Source: a virus | Taxonomy: Duplodnaviria > Caudoviricetes | Length of the DNA stretch: 64,000 nucleotides | IMG/VR virus record: IMGVR_UViG_2786546475_000015 | Coordinates: 101,978 to 165,977 of that record | Direction: 5' to 3' (one strand) | In this document: piece by piece, positions 1-8,347 of the stretch | Layout: the number at the start of each line of letters is the position of its first letter | Numbering within the stretch: position 1 is the stretch's first letter | Notes under the pieces: model-generated | Databases searched by the model: none | What the model saw: only the letters and a program-made list of their open reading frames with translations | Told to the model about the DNA's origin: nothing | Program-made: the position numbers and the translations under genes

Positions 1-521
1 AAACCGTTGTTGTTCAGAGTAATCATGACGTAGCGTTGGAACGTTGGTTGAAGTCAGCCGATTATAGATTAGATCCACCAAACGCTGTATTCTTTTTAGA
101 ACGTCAATTAGCGGCGTACAAAGCGATAGAATCTGGTGATACCGATTACAATATTTTTGGTGACACGATGACAACGTTAACGCCACAACTAAAAGACCAA
201 AAAATTACATTCTTAGGTACAGATGAATCATTTAGATTATTTGACGAACATACTGGTATAGAATGTGGTTATCATGGTGATTTAGGTATTAACGGTTCGC
301 GTGGTACGGCTAATGCCTATACTAAGATTGGTATTCGTGTTAATATTGGTCATAGCCATAGTGCTAAGATTAAAGACGGTGTTTATCAAGCGGGTGTAAG
401 TGGTTTACTTGATATGGGATATAACAAAGGTGCTTCAAGTTGGAGTCATAGCCATATCATCACATACAGAAATGGTAAACGTTGTATTGTCACAATGAAG
501 AACGGTAAATGGAGAGCTTAA
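1..521 (+). CDS. calcineurin-like metallophosphoesterase (5' truncated by window)
   Basis: Frame is open from the window edge (TVVVQSNHD...). SNHD, HGD and GHSH resemble the GNHD/HG/GHxH metallophosphoesterase signature. Confidence 0.7.
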   Translation, partial: TVVVQSNHDVALERWLKSADYRLDPPNAVFFLERQLAAYKAIESGDTDYNIFGDTMTTLTPQLKDQKITFLGTDESFRLFDEHTGIECGYHGDLGINGSRGTANAYTKIGIRVNIGHSHSAKIKDGVYQAGVSGLLDMGYNKGASSWSHSHIITYRNGKRCIVTMKNGKWRA

Positions 522-1180
522 ATTACGAGGTAATACCAGTTACACGTGAACATTGCAAGCATTTTATATTGAACATCCATTACGCCAAAAGATGGTGTTC
601 GATATCTTATGCATTCGGACTATTTAAGGATAAAGAAATGGTGGGAGTCGTGACATACGGCACACCACCTAGTTCGACATTAAGAATTGGTATTGCTGGA
701 AAAGAAAACGAAAAATATGTATTAGAATTAAATAGACTAGTATTGCTGAATAACCACAAGAATGAAGCGAGTATGTTAGTTGGTAGAAGTTTAAAGATGT
801 TGCCTAAACCATCTATCGTAATATCATATTCCGATACAAGTATGAACCATCATGGTTATGTTTATCAAGCTTGTAATTTTACTTATCATGGGTTATCAGC
901 AAAACGTAGTGATTGGAACGTTAAAAATTCTAATAAACACAATCATACACTTACCGATGAATTTAGAGGTTTAAAAAATCGTACTGAATTGGCAAGGGAA
1001 AGGTATAAAGACGATTTTTCTTACAAACCAAGACCAAGAAAGCATCGGTACATATACATAACAGGCTCTAAGAGTGCGAGAAAACGATTAAGAGCGGATA
1101 TTAAGTATAAACAGTATGATTACCCTAAAGGCGATAATAAACGCTATGAGGTTAAACTTAGTAACCCATTGGATATATAA
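509..1180 (+). CDS. Mom-like (GNAT-fold) DNA modification protein
   Basis: HY...FGLF...GVVTYG.P, ELNRLVL, S.LVGRSLKML and VISYSD...HHGYVYQACNF.Y.G match the Mu Mom-like family pattern. Confidence 0.7.
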   Translation: MESLNYEVIPVTREHCKHFILNIHYAKRWCSISYAFGLFKDKEMVGVVTYGTPPSSTLRIGIAGKENEKYVLELNRLVLLNNHKNEASMLVGRSLKMLPKPSIVISYSDTSMNHHGYVYQACNFTYHGLSAKRSDWNVKNSNKHNHTLTDEFRGLKNRTELARERYKDDFSYKPRPRKHRYIYITGSKSARKRLRADIKYKQYDYPKGDNKRYEVKLSNPLDI

Positions 1181-1923
1181 TGCAAAAGAAATTTAATAAC
1201 GAAGAAGAATTGGCGGCGTATTTTCAAAACTATCTCGAAAGTAAAGGATTTGATTGTTATCCAGAGGTTGTATTTGATATATTTAGCGGTCGCCCCGATA
1301 TAGTCGCAGTAAAAAATAACAAGATTTACGTGTTCGAATGTAAAATGAACTTCGGATTGAACGTAGTAACACAAACGTTTAGATGGTTTAATAGGTATAA
1401 GCCTAGTTATGGGTTTCCAGATTATATTTATGCGGTAACACCATACAAAAAATCAGCTAGTCGAAGAAATGAATTACTCGATTCGGTAATGAAACAAAAC
1501 GGTATCGGTCATATCATGGTAGGCGATCCAAGAGTCGGACGCGCTAAAATGTTTGACGGTAGTACTCATTTTTACGAAAAGGATATACATTCAGTATTAG
1601 ATGCAAAACCCCAACGTAAAGGTCAAGAGTATGGTAAAGTTCTTATTGAACAACTATACGATGACATGAAAGACGCTAACGCGGGTACTACGGGTACTGA
1701 AATAATGACACCCTTTAAGCGGACTATGAATCGTGTCAAAGAAATTATGCAAGATGGTGTTGCACGTACACCAAAGGATATGCTACCATTGATAGAGAAA
1801 ATAGGTGGACACCATTACAGTAGTAATAGTTCATTTTATTCACAAGTAAGAAAATTATACCACTTAGCAGATTTGAAAGTGGTTCAAAAGGACGGAAAAA
1901 TACACTATGAACGAAGAACTTAA
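1180..1923 (+). CDS. PD-(D/E)XK superfamily nuclease-like protein
   Basis: EEEL...YPEV...RPDIVAV...VFECK catalytic-type motif. Confidence 0.7.
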   Translation: MQKKFNNEEELAAYFQNYLESKGFDCYPEVVFDIFSGRPDIVAVKNNKIYVFECKMNFGLNVVTQTFRWFNRYKPSYGFPDYIYAVTPYKKSASRRNELLDSVMKQNGIGHIMVGDPRVGRAKMFDGSTHFYEKDIHSVLDAKPQRKGQEYGKVLIEQLYDDMKDANAGTTGTEIMTPFKRTMNRVKEIMQDGVARTPKDMLPLIEKIGGHHYSSNSSFYSQVRKLYHLADLKVVQKDGKIHYERRT

Positions 1924-2422
1924 AAAGTCATTAATGAATGAAATTTTAAATTTAAAAAATAAACTTGAATTATTCAATTCATTAGATCGACCACAATTGC
2001 GGATGGTCGGTCGTGTATACGATAATAGAGCATTTTTTACACAACAAATGTCACCATTACAAGCGACTATCGAATTTTTTAAATTCCGATTCAGTCAACC
2101 GCGTCAAATGGGTACGACTACGTTAATTAAAGAATTAGTTGGAATGTTGGGTGATACGACAATCATCACACTTAACCAACGAATCGGTAAAGAATTTTAT
2201 AACGAAAAAGAATATATCAATGATGTTAACGTTGTAAGTCAAGAAAGATTCTCAACACCAGCATTTCGATTTCATCGAAAATCGCCGCAAAGATTACATA
2301 CTATCATCATTTCTGATGAAATCGATTCTATGAGTATGGAGTATAAACAATTAATGGATAATATCTTTAGTTATATTCAAGCTAAAGGATTTCCGATTTT
2401 ATTATTAGATTTTAGTAGGTAA
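1907..2422 (+). CDS. hypothetical protein with degenerate P-loop-like motif
   Basis: PRQMGTTT resembles the RQxGKT Walker A; IIISDE resembles Walker B. Confidence 0.55.
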   Translation: MNEELKKSLMNEILNLKNKLELFNSLDRPQLRMVGRVYDNRAFFTQQMSPLQATIEFFKFRFSQPRQMGTTTLIKELVGMLGDTTIITLNQRIGKEFYNEKEYINDVNVVSQERFSTPAFRFHRKSPQRLHTIIISDEIDSMSMEYKQLMDNIFSYIQAKGFPILLLDFSR

Positions 2423-2424
2423 TT

Positions 2425-2646
2425 ATGGAAGAATATGTAAATAAGCGTATTAAATTTATTCATAGCGGTATCAGTGATCACATCACTGGTACTGTATTAG
2501 AATATATACCTTATAAGAGTAAAGGATCGTTTATCATTGACGTAGAATCGGTTAGTGAATGCGATTTAGATCCAGACGGTCGTATTCGTGTGGGTAAACC
2601 GTGTCGTTTTTATAATGTATCCGATTACGAAATCGAAGTGTTATAA
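2425..2646 (+). CDS. hypothetical protein
   Basis: ORF in tightly packed operon, AGGT RBS. Confidence 0.65.
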   Translation: MEEYVNKRIKFIHSGISDHITGTVLEYIPYKSKGSFIIDVESVSECDLDPDGRIRVGKPCRFYNVSDYEIEVL

Positions 2647-2649
2647 ATA
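2642..2649 (+). promoter_or_regulatory. T4-type late (gp55) promoter
   Basis: TATAAATA exact, 13 nt before ATG 2663. Confidence 0.75.
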
Positions 2650-2662
2650 ATTTCGGGGTCTT

Positions 2663-2947
2663 ATGAAAACATTTAATCAATTAATTCAAGAACGTGACAT
2701 GATGGGATGGTTTTCTATCCCAAAAATGGTTAGAGATAAATTAGAGTCTTTAGGGTATAGTCAAAAGAGCGTCCAACGTAATGTTAAGTACACTATCGAG
2801 GATGATTGGGGTGACATGTATGTTAAAGTCGAAAATAAAAACTCTATCCCAAGTAAAGAAATCGAACAATACGCGAATACAAATAGTAACGTTATGCTAG
2901 ATAAAGATTATCCAGTAAATGGTTTTACATTAATTATTCGAATTTAG
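2663..2947 (+). CDS. putative internal head protein
   Basis: N-terminus MKTFNQLIQE resembles T4 IP targeting sequence MKTYQEFIAE; late promoter upstream. Confidence 0.65.
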   Translation: MKTFNQLIQERDMMGWFSIPKMVRDKLESLGYSQKSVQRNVKYTIEDDWGDMYVKVENKNSIPSKEIEQYANTNSNVMLDKDYPVNGFTLIIRI

Positions 2948-2950
2948 TTA

Positions 2951-2987
2951 AAAAGCCCTTGCATCGTCGAGGGCTTTTTGCTATCCT
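2951..2987 (+). terminator. Rho-independent terminator overlapping sigma70-like promoter
   Basis: AAAGCCCTTG-catcg-TCGAGGGCTTTTT hairpin; TTGCAT-17-TATCCT. Confidence 0.75.
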
Positions 2988-3017
2988 GTATCTGTAACGT
3001 CGATTAAAGGAGATTTT

Positions 3018-3350
3018 ATGAAAAAATTAAAAGATTTCGAACCAAAACTATTAGAGTCTATCGCGTCTAAAGCTAATATGGCTATGTTTGGAGCGACCGC
3101 TAAAGGTAGTCGTGGTGGTTGTGGTCGGGTGTATATCGAATTTTTAGAAACTATCCGTTCGAATTCTAAAATAAAAAAGATCTTCGAACGTTCTGGATTT
3201 AAAATGACTAAGCGACCTATGTATAGTGGTGTTCGAATCTATGTAGGTTACGATAACGCGACTGGATACGAATTTGATATGGCTGAAAAGGCTTGCGAAG
3301 TTCTAAAAAGCTATGATATTCGTTGTTATGTAGATGGTGATGGAGATTAA
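3018..3350 (+). CDS. hypothetical phage protein
   Basis: Strong AAGGAG RBS, 110 aa. Confidence 0.8.
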   Translation: MKKLKDFEPKLLESIASKANMAMFGATAKGSRGGCGRVYIEFLETIRSNSKIKKIFERSGFKMTKRPMYSGVRIYVGYDNATGYEFDMAEKACEVLKSYDIRCYVDGDGD

Positions 3351-3579
3351 TATGAAATTTGATAAACTAAAATTAGAATGTATACTTAACAATTGTTTCG
3401 CGTTAATTGCTTCTGTATTTTCTGCTTACCAAGCTTATATTAGTGAAAGCGAATTATATACCATTGCTAATTTTATTGTTTGTGTGGTATTGATTATGTA
3501 TTTCATTAATTCTACCAGAATAAACTATTTAGAAGAAAAAATAAAAATATTAGAAGAACGTATTGACACGAAAAAATAA
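3334..3579 (+). CDS. small membrane protein (start likely 3352)
   Basis: Two hydrophobic segments; GGAG before ATG 3352. Confidence 0.65.
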   Translation: MVMEINMKFDKLKLECILNNCFALIASVFSAYQAYISESELYTIANFIVCVVLIMYFINSTRINYLEEKIKILEERIDTKK

Positions 3580-3814
3580 TTATGAAATAATGGTGACCTA
3601 TCTTAATCGAATTATATAATGAAACTGATGAATACACATTCACTTCTACATACATATACGAAAACGACGAATACACATTCATCGCCGTTGGTTTTGTTGA
3701 AGTAGACGGTGTAGACGAAAAAGTTCTTTTGATGGACGACATTGAAAGACGTAAAGATAACTATTATATGGATTTTTTAGACACAAAAACTAGAGTATTT
3801 TTAAAGAGGAAATT

Positions 3815-4186
3815 ATGAAATTATTAAAAACAGCAGTACTAGCATTATCTATGTTAGCGACGACACCCACAATCGCTGATGAAATGCGTACAACCGAAAA
3901 AGATATGTTCGCTTGCGAAACTTTAGAACAAATGGCGACCGCATTTAAAGTTTTGTCTATGCGTAACGATGATCGTCGTAATTATTACATGAAAGCCCTT
4001 GTTACTGAATACGGTCAAGTATGTTATCCTTTATACGAAGGCTTGGAATTTGTAGTAATTGATGTAGTACCGCCATTCATTCAAATCGAAATTTGGTCTG
4101 ACGGTGAACCACACCACTTTTGGAGTGTAGAACCATCATATTCAGAAGGTTTATATCAAGTAGATTTCGATAATTGGTACGAATAA
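3815..4186 (+). CDS. secreted/periplasmic hypothetical protein
   Basis: Signal-peptide-like MKLLKTAVLALSMLATTPTIA; GAGG RBS. Confidence 0.75.
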   Translation: MKLLKTAVLALSMLATTPTIADEMRTTEKDMFACETLEQMATAFKVLSMRNDDRRNYYMKALVTEYGQVCYPLYEGLEFVVIDVVPPFIQIEIWSDGEPHHFWSVEPSYSEGLYQVDFDNWYE

Positions 4187-4425
4187 TGAATCATAATATA
4201 TCAGTCAATAGTGAAACTGTTCGAACAGTATTACAACGCGCATATTGTCAATGTTGTGGACAAGAACTAACAAAAACTGGTAGAGTGTTTTATTCAAGCC
4301 CTTTACAATATGAGTATAAGTGTGATAACGAAAATTGTTCTAGTTATAATGTTGTATTCAATAGCACAGAATGTTATCCTAGAATTAGATTTATCGACGA
4401 GAACGGGAATGATATTGAAGAATGA
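4174..4425 (+). CDS. zinc-ribbon hypothetical protein
   Basis: CQCCG...CDNENC cysteine pairs. Confidence 0.65.
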   Translation: MVRIMNHNISVNSETVRTVLQRAYCQCCGQELTKTGRVFYSSPLQYEYKCDNENCSSYNVVFNSTECYPRIRFIDENGNDIEE

Positions 4426-4850
4426 CACGCGTTAACGTAGTACCAGTTGAAACATTAGGTGATAAGCATTTATTAGCAGAATTGCGTGAGATTAAACGCA
4501 TACCTAATAAGCTTATTGATGGTAAGTACGTATTAAACAAAATACCAGACAGTTATGTAGAATATCGTAAAGGTCGGATGGTATTAGTCGAAAAATTTTT
4601 CGTAAATCGATTAAAATGGGTTTATAAACGGTATAAATTACTGTATAATGAAGCCAAGTTTAGAAAATTCAATGTCAATTGGTTACTACCAGACATGAAT
4701 TTACTTAAACAAAAGTATCCTTGGTTTTGGAATGACTGGACACCTAGTACCAGTGATTACGAAGCCAATGTAAGCCGATTAGCTGAACGTATCAAAGCTA
4801 ATCCGTCATTAACTAAAAACAAAAGGTTTGAAATAACCAATGAATATTAA
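4422..4850 (+). CDS. denV: pyrimidine-dimer DNA glycosylase / endonuclease V
   Basis: MTRVNVVPVETLGDKHLLAELREIKRI parallels T4 DenV [27 protein letters not shown]. Confidence 0.85.
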   Translation: MTRVNVVPVETLGDKHLLAELREIKRIPNKLIDGKYVLNKIPDSYVEYRKGRMVLVEKFFVNRLKWVYKRYKLLYNEAKFRKFNVNWLLPDMNLLKQKYPWFWNDWTPSTSDYEANVSRLAERIKANPSLTKNKRFEITNEY

Positions 4851-5157
4851 AGCAAATCATGAGTACGTGGTTTTAGAAACCAATGCTAAACGTGCTGGCG
4901 AAGAAGATGTTAGCGAATCTGGTATCGTACTTGGTAAACGAACTCAAGGCGAAGTCCCAGAATACGCAACCGTAGTAGCCGTTGGTGAGGGTGTAGAAAA
5001 CAAAGATATTAAAGTAGGTTCATTAGTTCCTGTTACTAATGGTCGTATGAGTAACGTACCCGATCCACGCGTAGTAGCTGGCGAACATGTTCCTAAAGAT
5101 CAACTTCGTCAATTGGCAGTAACACATTGGAAAAATATCACGGTGATTTATGAGTAA
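4840..5157 (+). CDS. gp31: GroES-like co-chaperonin for capsid assembly
   Basis: IKANHEYVVL...AGEEDVSESGIVLGKRTQGEVPEY...VGEGV...HWKNI matches T4 gp31. Confidence 0.9.
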   Translation: MNIKANHEYVVLETNAKRAGEEDVSESGIVLGKRTQGEVPEYATVVAVGEGVENKDIKVGSLVPVTNGRMSNVPDPRVVAGEHVPKDQLRQLAVTHWKNITVIYE

Positions 5158-5437
5158 TATCCAAACATTAGCAAAACGAGTCGTATCACTTGGTCAAAAG
5201 CGTTTTAATGAAGGCGACCAAGCGAGTTACGCAAATTTAGCAGACGTTTACGCATTTTTGAAAGAATATGCTAGTAAAGGTAAAAATCAAAAATGGAAAC
5301 GTTTCTTAGGGGCTGTTGAACAACAAATCAATGCAGTTGAACAGCAATTTGATAACGGTGTTATGCAATACGCACGTCAATTATCGGAAAGTGAAAAGAC
5401 GTTGGCGGTTGGTTTAGCACATAGTTATAAGGGTTAA
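5150..5437 (+). CDS. rIII: rIII-like lysis inhibition accessory protein
   Basis: Directly downstream of gene 31 as in T4; QKRFNEGDQASYANLADV...MQYARQL loosely matches T4 RIII QRNAWNNGHENYGASIDV...LKYAKPL. Confidence 0.55.
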   Translation: MSNIQTLAKRVVSLGQKRFNEGDQASYANLADVYAFLKEYASKGKNQKWKRFLGAVEQQINAVEQQFDNGVMQYARQLSESEKTLAVGLAHSYKG

Positions 5438-5444
5438 TTGAGTT

Positions 5445-5948
5445 ATGGCAGGTAAAAAATCATTACGCGGTAAAGGCACATACGCCGCTTATAAAATGGA
5501 AAATCGTGTAGCGAAAAACAAACGCCGAAAGTTAGAGCGTCATTTAAAGCGTCATCCTAACGATGGTCAAGCGGAATCCGCTGTCGCTACATCTGGTACG
5601 TACAAAGGTCGTTCAGCGCCTAAACGTATCAATAGCCGTAAAGGTATTCAATATGATGTAGTTATTACTAAAGGTAAAAACGGTAAAACCAATACATCGT
5701 TAGTCAATCGCGGCGTAAATCGCTCTAATGGTCGTCTAAGTTCTGGCGGTCGGTTTGAGCAACAAATGATGAAGATGAAAAAATCAGTATCTAATGTGTA
5801 TCAATTCTTGCAAAAGAATAAAAAACAATTAGTAGGTGATGAAGTAGTCGATTCAGTATTAGCGCCTGTACCTACCGTGAGTAGTGGCAAACCAAAACGC
5901 GTACGAAAAGGTAAGCGTAAAGCACGAAAGCAACAAAAGCGTAGTTAA
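5445..5948 (+). CDS. highly basic hypothetical protein
   Basis: K/R-rich 167 aa, at the position of T4 30.9. Confidence 0.7.
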   Translation: MAGKKSLRGKGTYAAYKMENRVAKNKRRKLERHLKRHPNDGQAESAVATSGTYKGRSAPKRINSRKGIQYDVVITKGKNGKTNTSLVNRGVNRSNGRLSSGGRFEQQMMKMKKSVSNVYQFLQKNKKQLVGDEVVDSVLAPVPTVSSGKPKRVRKGKRKARKQQKRS

Positions 5949-5954
5949 TTAATC

Positions 5955-5990
5955 AAAGCCCTTGCGTAAGCAGGGGCTTTTTGCTATCCT
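5955..5990 (+). terminator. terminator overlapping sigma70-like promoter
   Basis: AAAGCCCTTGC-gtaa-GCAGGGGCTTTTT; TTGCGT-17-TATCCT. Confidence 0.75.
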
Positions 5991-6013
5991 GTACACAAAT
6001 AAAGGAGATAAAT

Positions 6014-6247
6014 ATTAATTACGTAGTTAATTATGGCGTTAATTGGTCACATCGTCGTTATGAAAATAAAGCATTTCACCATTACCGTAACGCTGTCAAA
6101 TTTTATAAGAGTCTAGATAAGTCTATCTGGAAAGCGGGTGAAATTGTTAAATTGGTGGGTAACGGTTTATTTGAACCCGCAGACGTATTAATTAAATTGG
6201 AGTGGGATAATGGAAAGGAATTATCAAAGAAAACACGCGGTTCATAG
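6014..6247 (+). CDS. hypothetical protein (possible ATT start)
   Basis: AAGGAG RBS followed by in-frame ATT at 6014; the track start 5981 lies inside the terminator. Confidence 0.5.
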   Translation: MNYVVNYGVNWSHRRYENKAFHHYRNAVKFYKSLDKSIWKAGEIVKLVGNGLFEPADVLIKLEWDNGKELSKKTRGS

Positions 6248-6587
6248 AACCAATAAAGATTATTGGCGCGATCAAAATGATCAAATAATTCGCCAAGAAT
6301 TAGAAGAAATGACTTGCGAAGATTTTGAAAGTCTGTATAATAGTAATTGTTCCGTTGAGAGAGAAACTAAAGGAGACGATATGAACAAGCTTGAACGCGA
6401 ATTAAAAGTTACTAAGTTGGTTAAAGCCGCACGTAAAGCCGCAGAAGCCGAAAGTAACGCTTTAGACGATTTCTTAGGCGGTGCGATTAGCGAAGAATGT
6501 TACCTACACGCTATGGAACGTACAAAAGAAGCGGTAGAACATGCTGTCGCGAATGGCGTTTCTTACAAAGACTTACCAGCGGTTTAA
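6210..6587 (+). CDS. hypothetical protein (internal start at 6381 likely)
   Basis: ORF with internal AAAGGAG-ATG at 6381. Confidence 0.6.
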   Translation: MERNYQRKHAVHRTNKDYWRDQNDQIIRQELEEMTCEDFESLYNSNCSVERETKGDDMNKLERELKVTKLVKAARKAAEAESNALDDFLGGAISEECYLHAMERTKEAVEHAVANGVSYKDLPAV

Positions 6588-6596
6588 GGAGATATT

Positions 6597-6926
6597 ATGC
6601 GTAACATCAAATCAGAAATGCTTGATATAGAATTAGCCAAATTAGAAGATGCCAACGACAACAACGAATTGTTACGTGTTATCGCTAGTGAACTAGGTTT
6701 TGACGACTTAGAAGAAAAGATAGCTCATATGAAAGCGGTTCATCGCTCTATTGGTAATATGCCGCATCATTTATACATGGAACGTGAACAATATCGAAAA
6801 GAAATTAAAGAACGTGGTGTTAATCACCCAAATTGGGAGTCAGTAAAAAGTATGTGTAAAAATATGGAAAGTGATAAAAAAGTAGCAAAGAATTTACGCG
6901 AATGGGATAAAAATAAGCGTAAATAA
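6597..6926 (+). CDS. hypothetical protein
   Basis: TAAGGAG RBS. Confidence 0.75.
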   Translation: MRNIKSEMLDIELAKLEDANDNNELLRVIASELGFDDLEEKIAHMKAVHRSIGNMPHHLYMEREQYRKEIKERGVNHPNWESVKSMCKNMESDKKVAKNLREWDKNKRK

Positions 6927-6930
6927 TTAT

Positions 6931-6968
6931 AAAGCCCTTGCATTGTCGAGGGCTTTCGTGTATAAATA
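6931..6968 (+). promoter_or_regulatory. terminator hairpin fused to sigma70-like and late promoter
   Basis: AAAGCCCTTG...CGAGGGCTTT hairpin; TTGCAT-17-TATAAA; TATAAATA at 6961-6968. Confidence 0.7.
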
Positions 6969-6992
6969 AGGATATATTTTCAAGGAGAGAGT

Positions 6993-8018
6993 ATGAGTTT
7001 TAAACAATTTTTATTTGAAAAGATGACTACTAGCGATGCTATGAAATTATTAGGTTTATCTAATGGGTTTGATGAAACCGAACTAAAGAAAGCATACCGT
7101 AGAGCATCAAATAAAGCACACCCCGACAAAGGTGGTTCAGTAGACGCACAACAACGCGTTAATGACGCTTACAACGTACTTAAAAACGTTGAAGGTGGTG
7201 TAGATCCAATGGCGAAATATAGACAACGCGCAGAAGAAAATAAAGAAAAAGCGCGTATCGCTGAAATTTATGTAGAACAGTTATTTAATCAGTATTTTCA
7301 ACCAAGAGTGTACGCGAATTACTTTAAAGAAATGAGTGGTAAAGAATATACATTCGAACGTAATATCCGCTCTAGTTCTACATGGGGTTCAGTAGTCCAT
7401 GTAAGTTATCGATTCACTAGCGATGATAATAAAACATTTTTTGATATCGATTTCTACGCTAATATGTATTTTACAAAAGCGTTAGGCGGTGGTGAAGAAT
7501 CTACTGGTTTAGATTCGTTATCGGTTAATACATCGGTATTACATGAACGCAAAAAATACAAAATGTCGCGTAGTGATTACAAACGAGAAAATTCTATCGA
7601 AGTAATTCAAAATCCAGACAAGAATTTTCCTAAAGCTAAACTTAAAAAAGTGTTTTCAGTTAAGAAGCGTAAACCAGTAAAACGCGCTGACTACCTTTTA
7701 GCGTTCTCAAAAGAGCTAAACGCGACTAAGAACAAAGACTATATCAAAATACCGCTTAAAAATGGTTATGTGTTGGTATTTACGCGTATTGTATTCATGC
7801 GTCAAGCTCAATATCAAGGTAACGGTCTATATACTGAAAAACCATTTAGACGCGAAAAATTGATTATTACATCGTTTATGGAAAGTAAAAATCCAGATTA
7901 CCTAGATGATCTGATCGACGGTATGAAGAAAATCCAAAATACAAGTACACCAGAAACTATCGAAAAAGATCTGGAAGTACTTAAAACTAAACTAGAAAGA
8001 CGTTATATGGATGATTAA
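6993..8018 (+). CDS. J-domain (DnaJ-like) protein with internal-protein-type N-terminus
   Basis: LLGL...ELKKAYRRASNKAHPDKGGS...QRVNDAYNVL J-domain with HPD; N-terminus MSFKQFLFE. Confidence 0.85.
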   Translation: MSFKQFLFEKMTTSDAMKLLGLSNGFDETELKKAYRRASNKAHPDKGGSVDAQQRVNDAYNVLKNVEGGVDPMAKYRQRAEENKEKARIAEIYVEQLFNQYFQPRVYANYFKEMSGKEYTFERNIRSSSTWGSVVHVSYRFTSDDNKTFFDIDFYANMYFTKALGGGEESTGLDSLSVNTSVLHERKKYKMSRSDYKRENSIEVIQNPDKNFPKAKLKKVFSVKKRKPVKRADYLLAFSKELNATKNKDYIKIPLKNGYVLVFTRIVFMRQAQYQGNGLYTEKPFRREKLIITSFMESKNPDYLDDLIDGMKKIQNTSTPETIEKDLEVLKTKLERRYMDD

Positions 8019-8019
8019 T

Positions 8020-8042
8020 AAAGCCCCGAAAGGGGCTTTTTT
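8020..8042 (+). terminator. Rho-independent terminator
   Basis: AAAGCCCC-GAAA-GGGGCTTTTTT. Confidence 0.9.
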
Positions 8043-8113
8043 GACCAAAAAATAAACAAGTCTATTTTATTTGTTATAAATAATATTAAGCTAACTGGAT
8101 TAGGCAAATAATA

Positions 8114-8317
8114 ATGGACATTTTAATAACAATAATTTTAGTACTTGGTATCATCGCGGGTGGTATCGATTATCTAGACTGTAAAGACAAATATATAGTA
8201 GCTACTATTAGAGCGACTACCGTAGTTTTGATATTAACCTTTTTATTGATAGGTTTATATATCGAGGTACACGGTGCTTTACTATCTAGAATGGCATCCA
8301 TGATTGTCGTAAATTAA
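8114..8317 (+). CDS. small two-TM membrane protein, late expressed
   Basis: Two hydrophobic helices; TATAAATA at 8075-8082. Confidence 0.65.
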   Translation: MDILITIILVLGIIAGGIDYLDCKDKYIVATIRATTVVLILTFLLIGLYIEVHGALLSRMASMIVVN

Positions 8318-8347
8318 AGCTTTATAAATACCATTAGAGGTATTATT

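Noticed and set aside
3018-3060. MKKLKDFEPKLLE as another capsid-targeting sequence
   Set aside because: Spacing does not fit the F-x-x-F-L-x-E pattern, and the gene sits behind an early-type promoter.
3582-3600. In-frame TAA/TGA as evidence of stop-codon reassignment
   Set aside because: TAA, TAG and TGA all terminate genes at expected positions in this window, and no suppressor tRNA is present.
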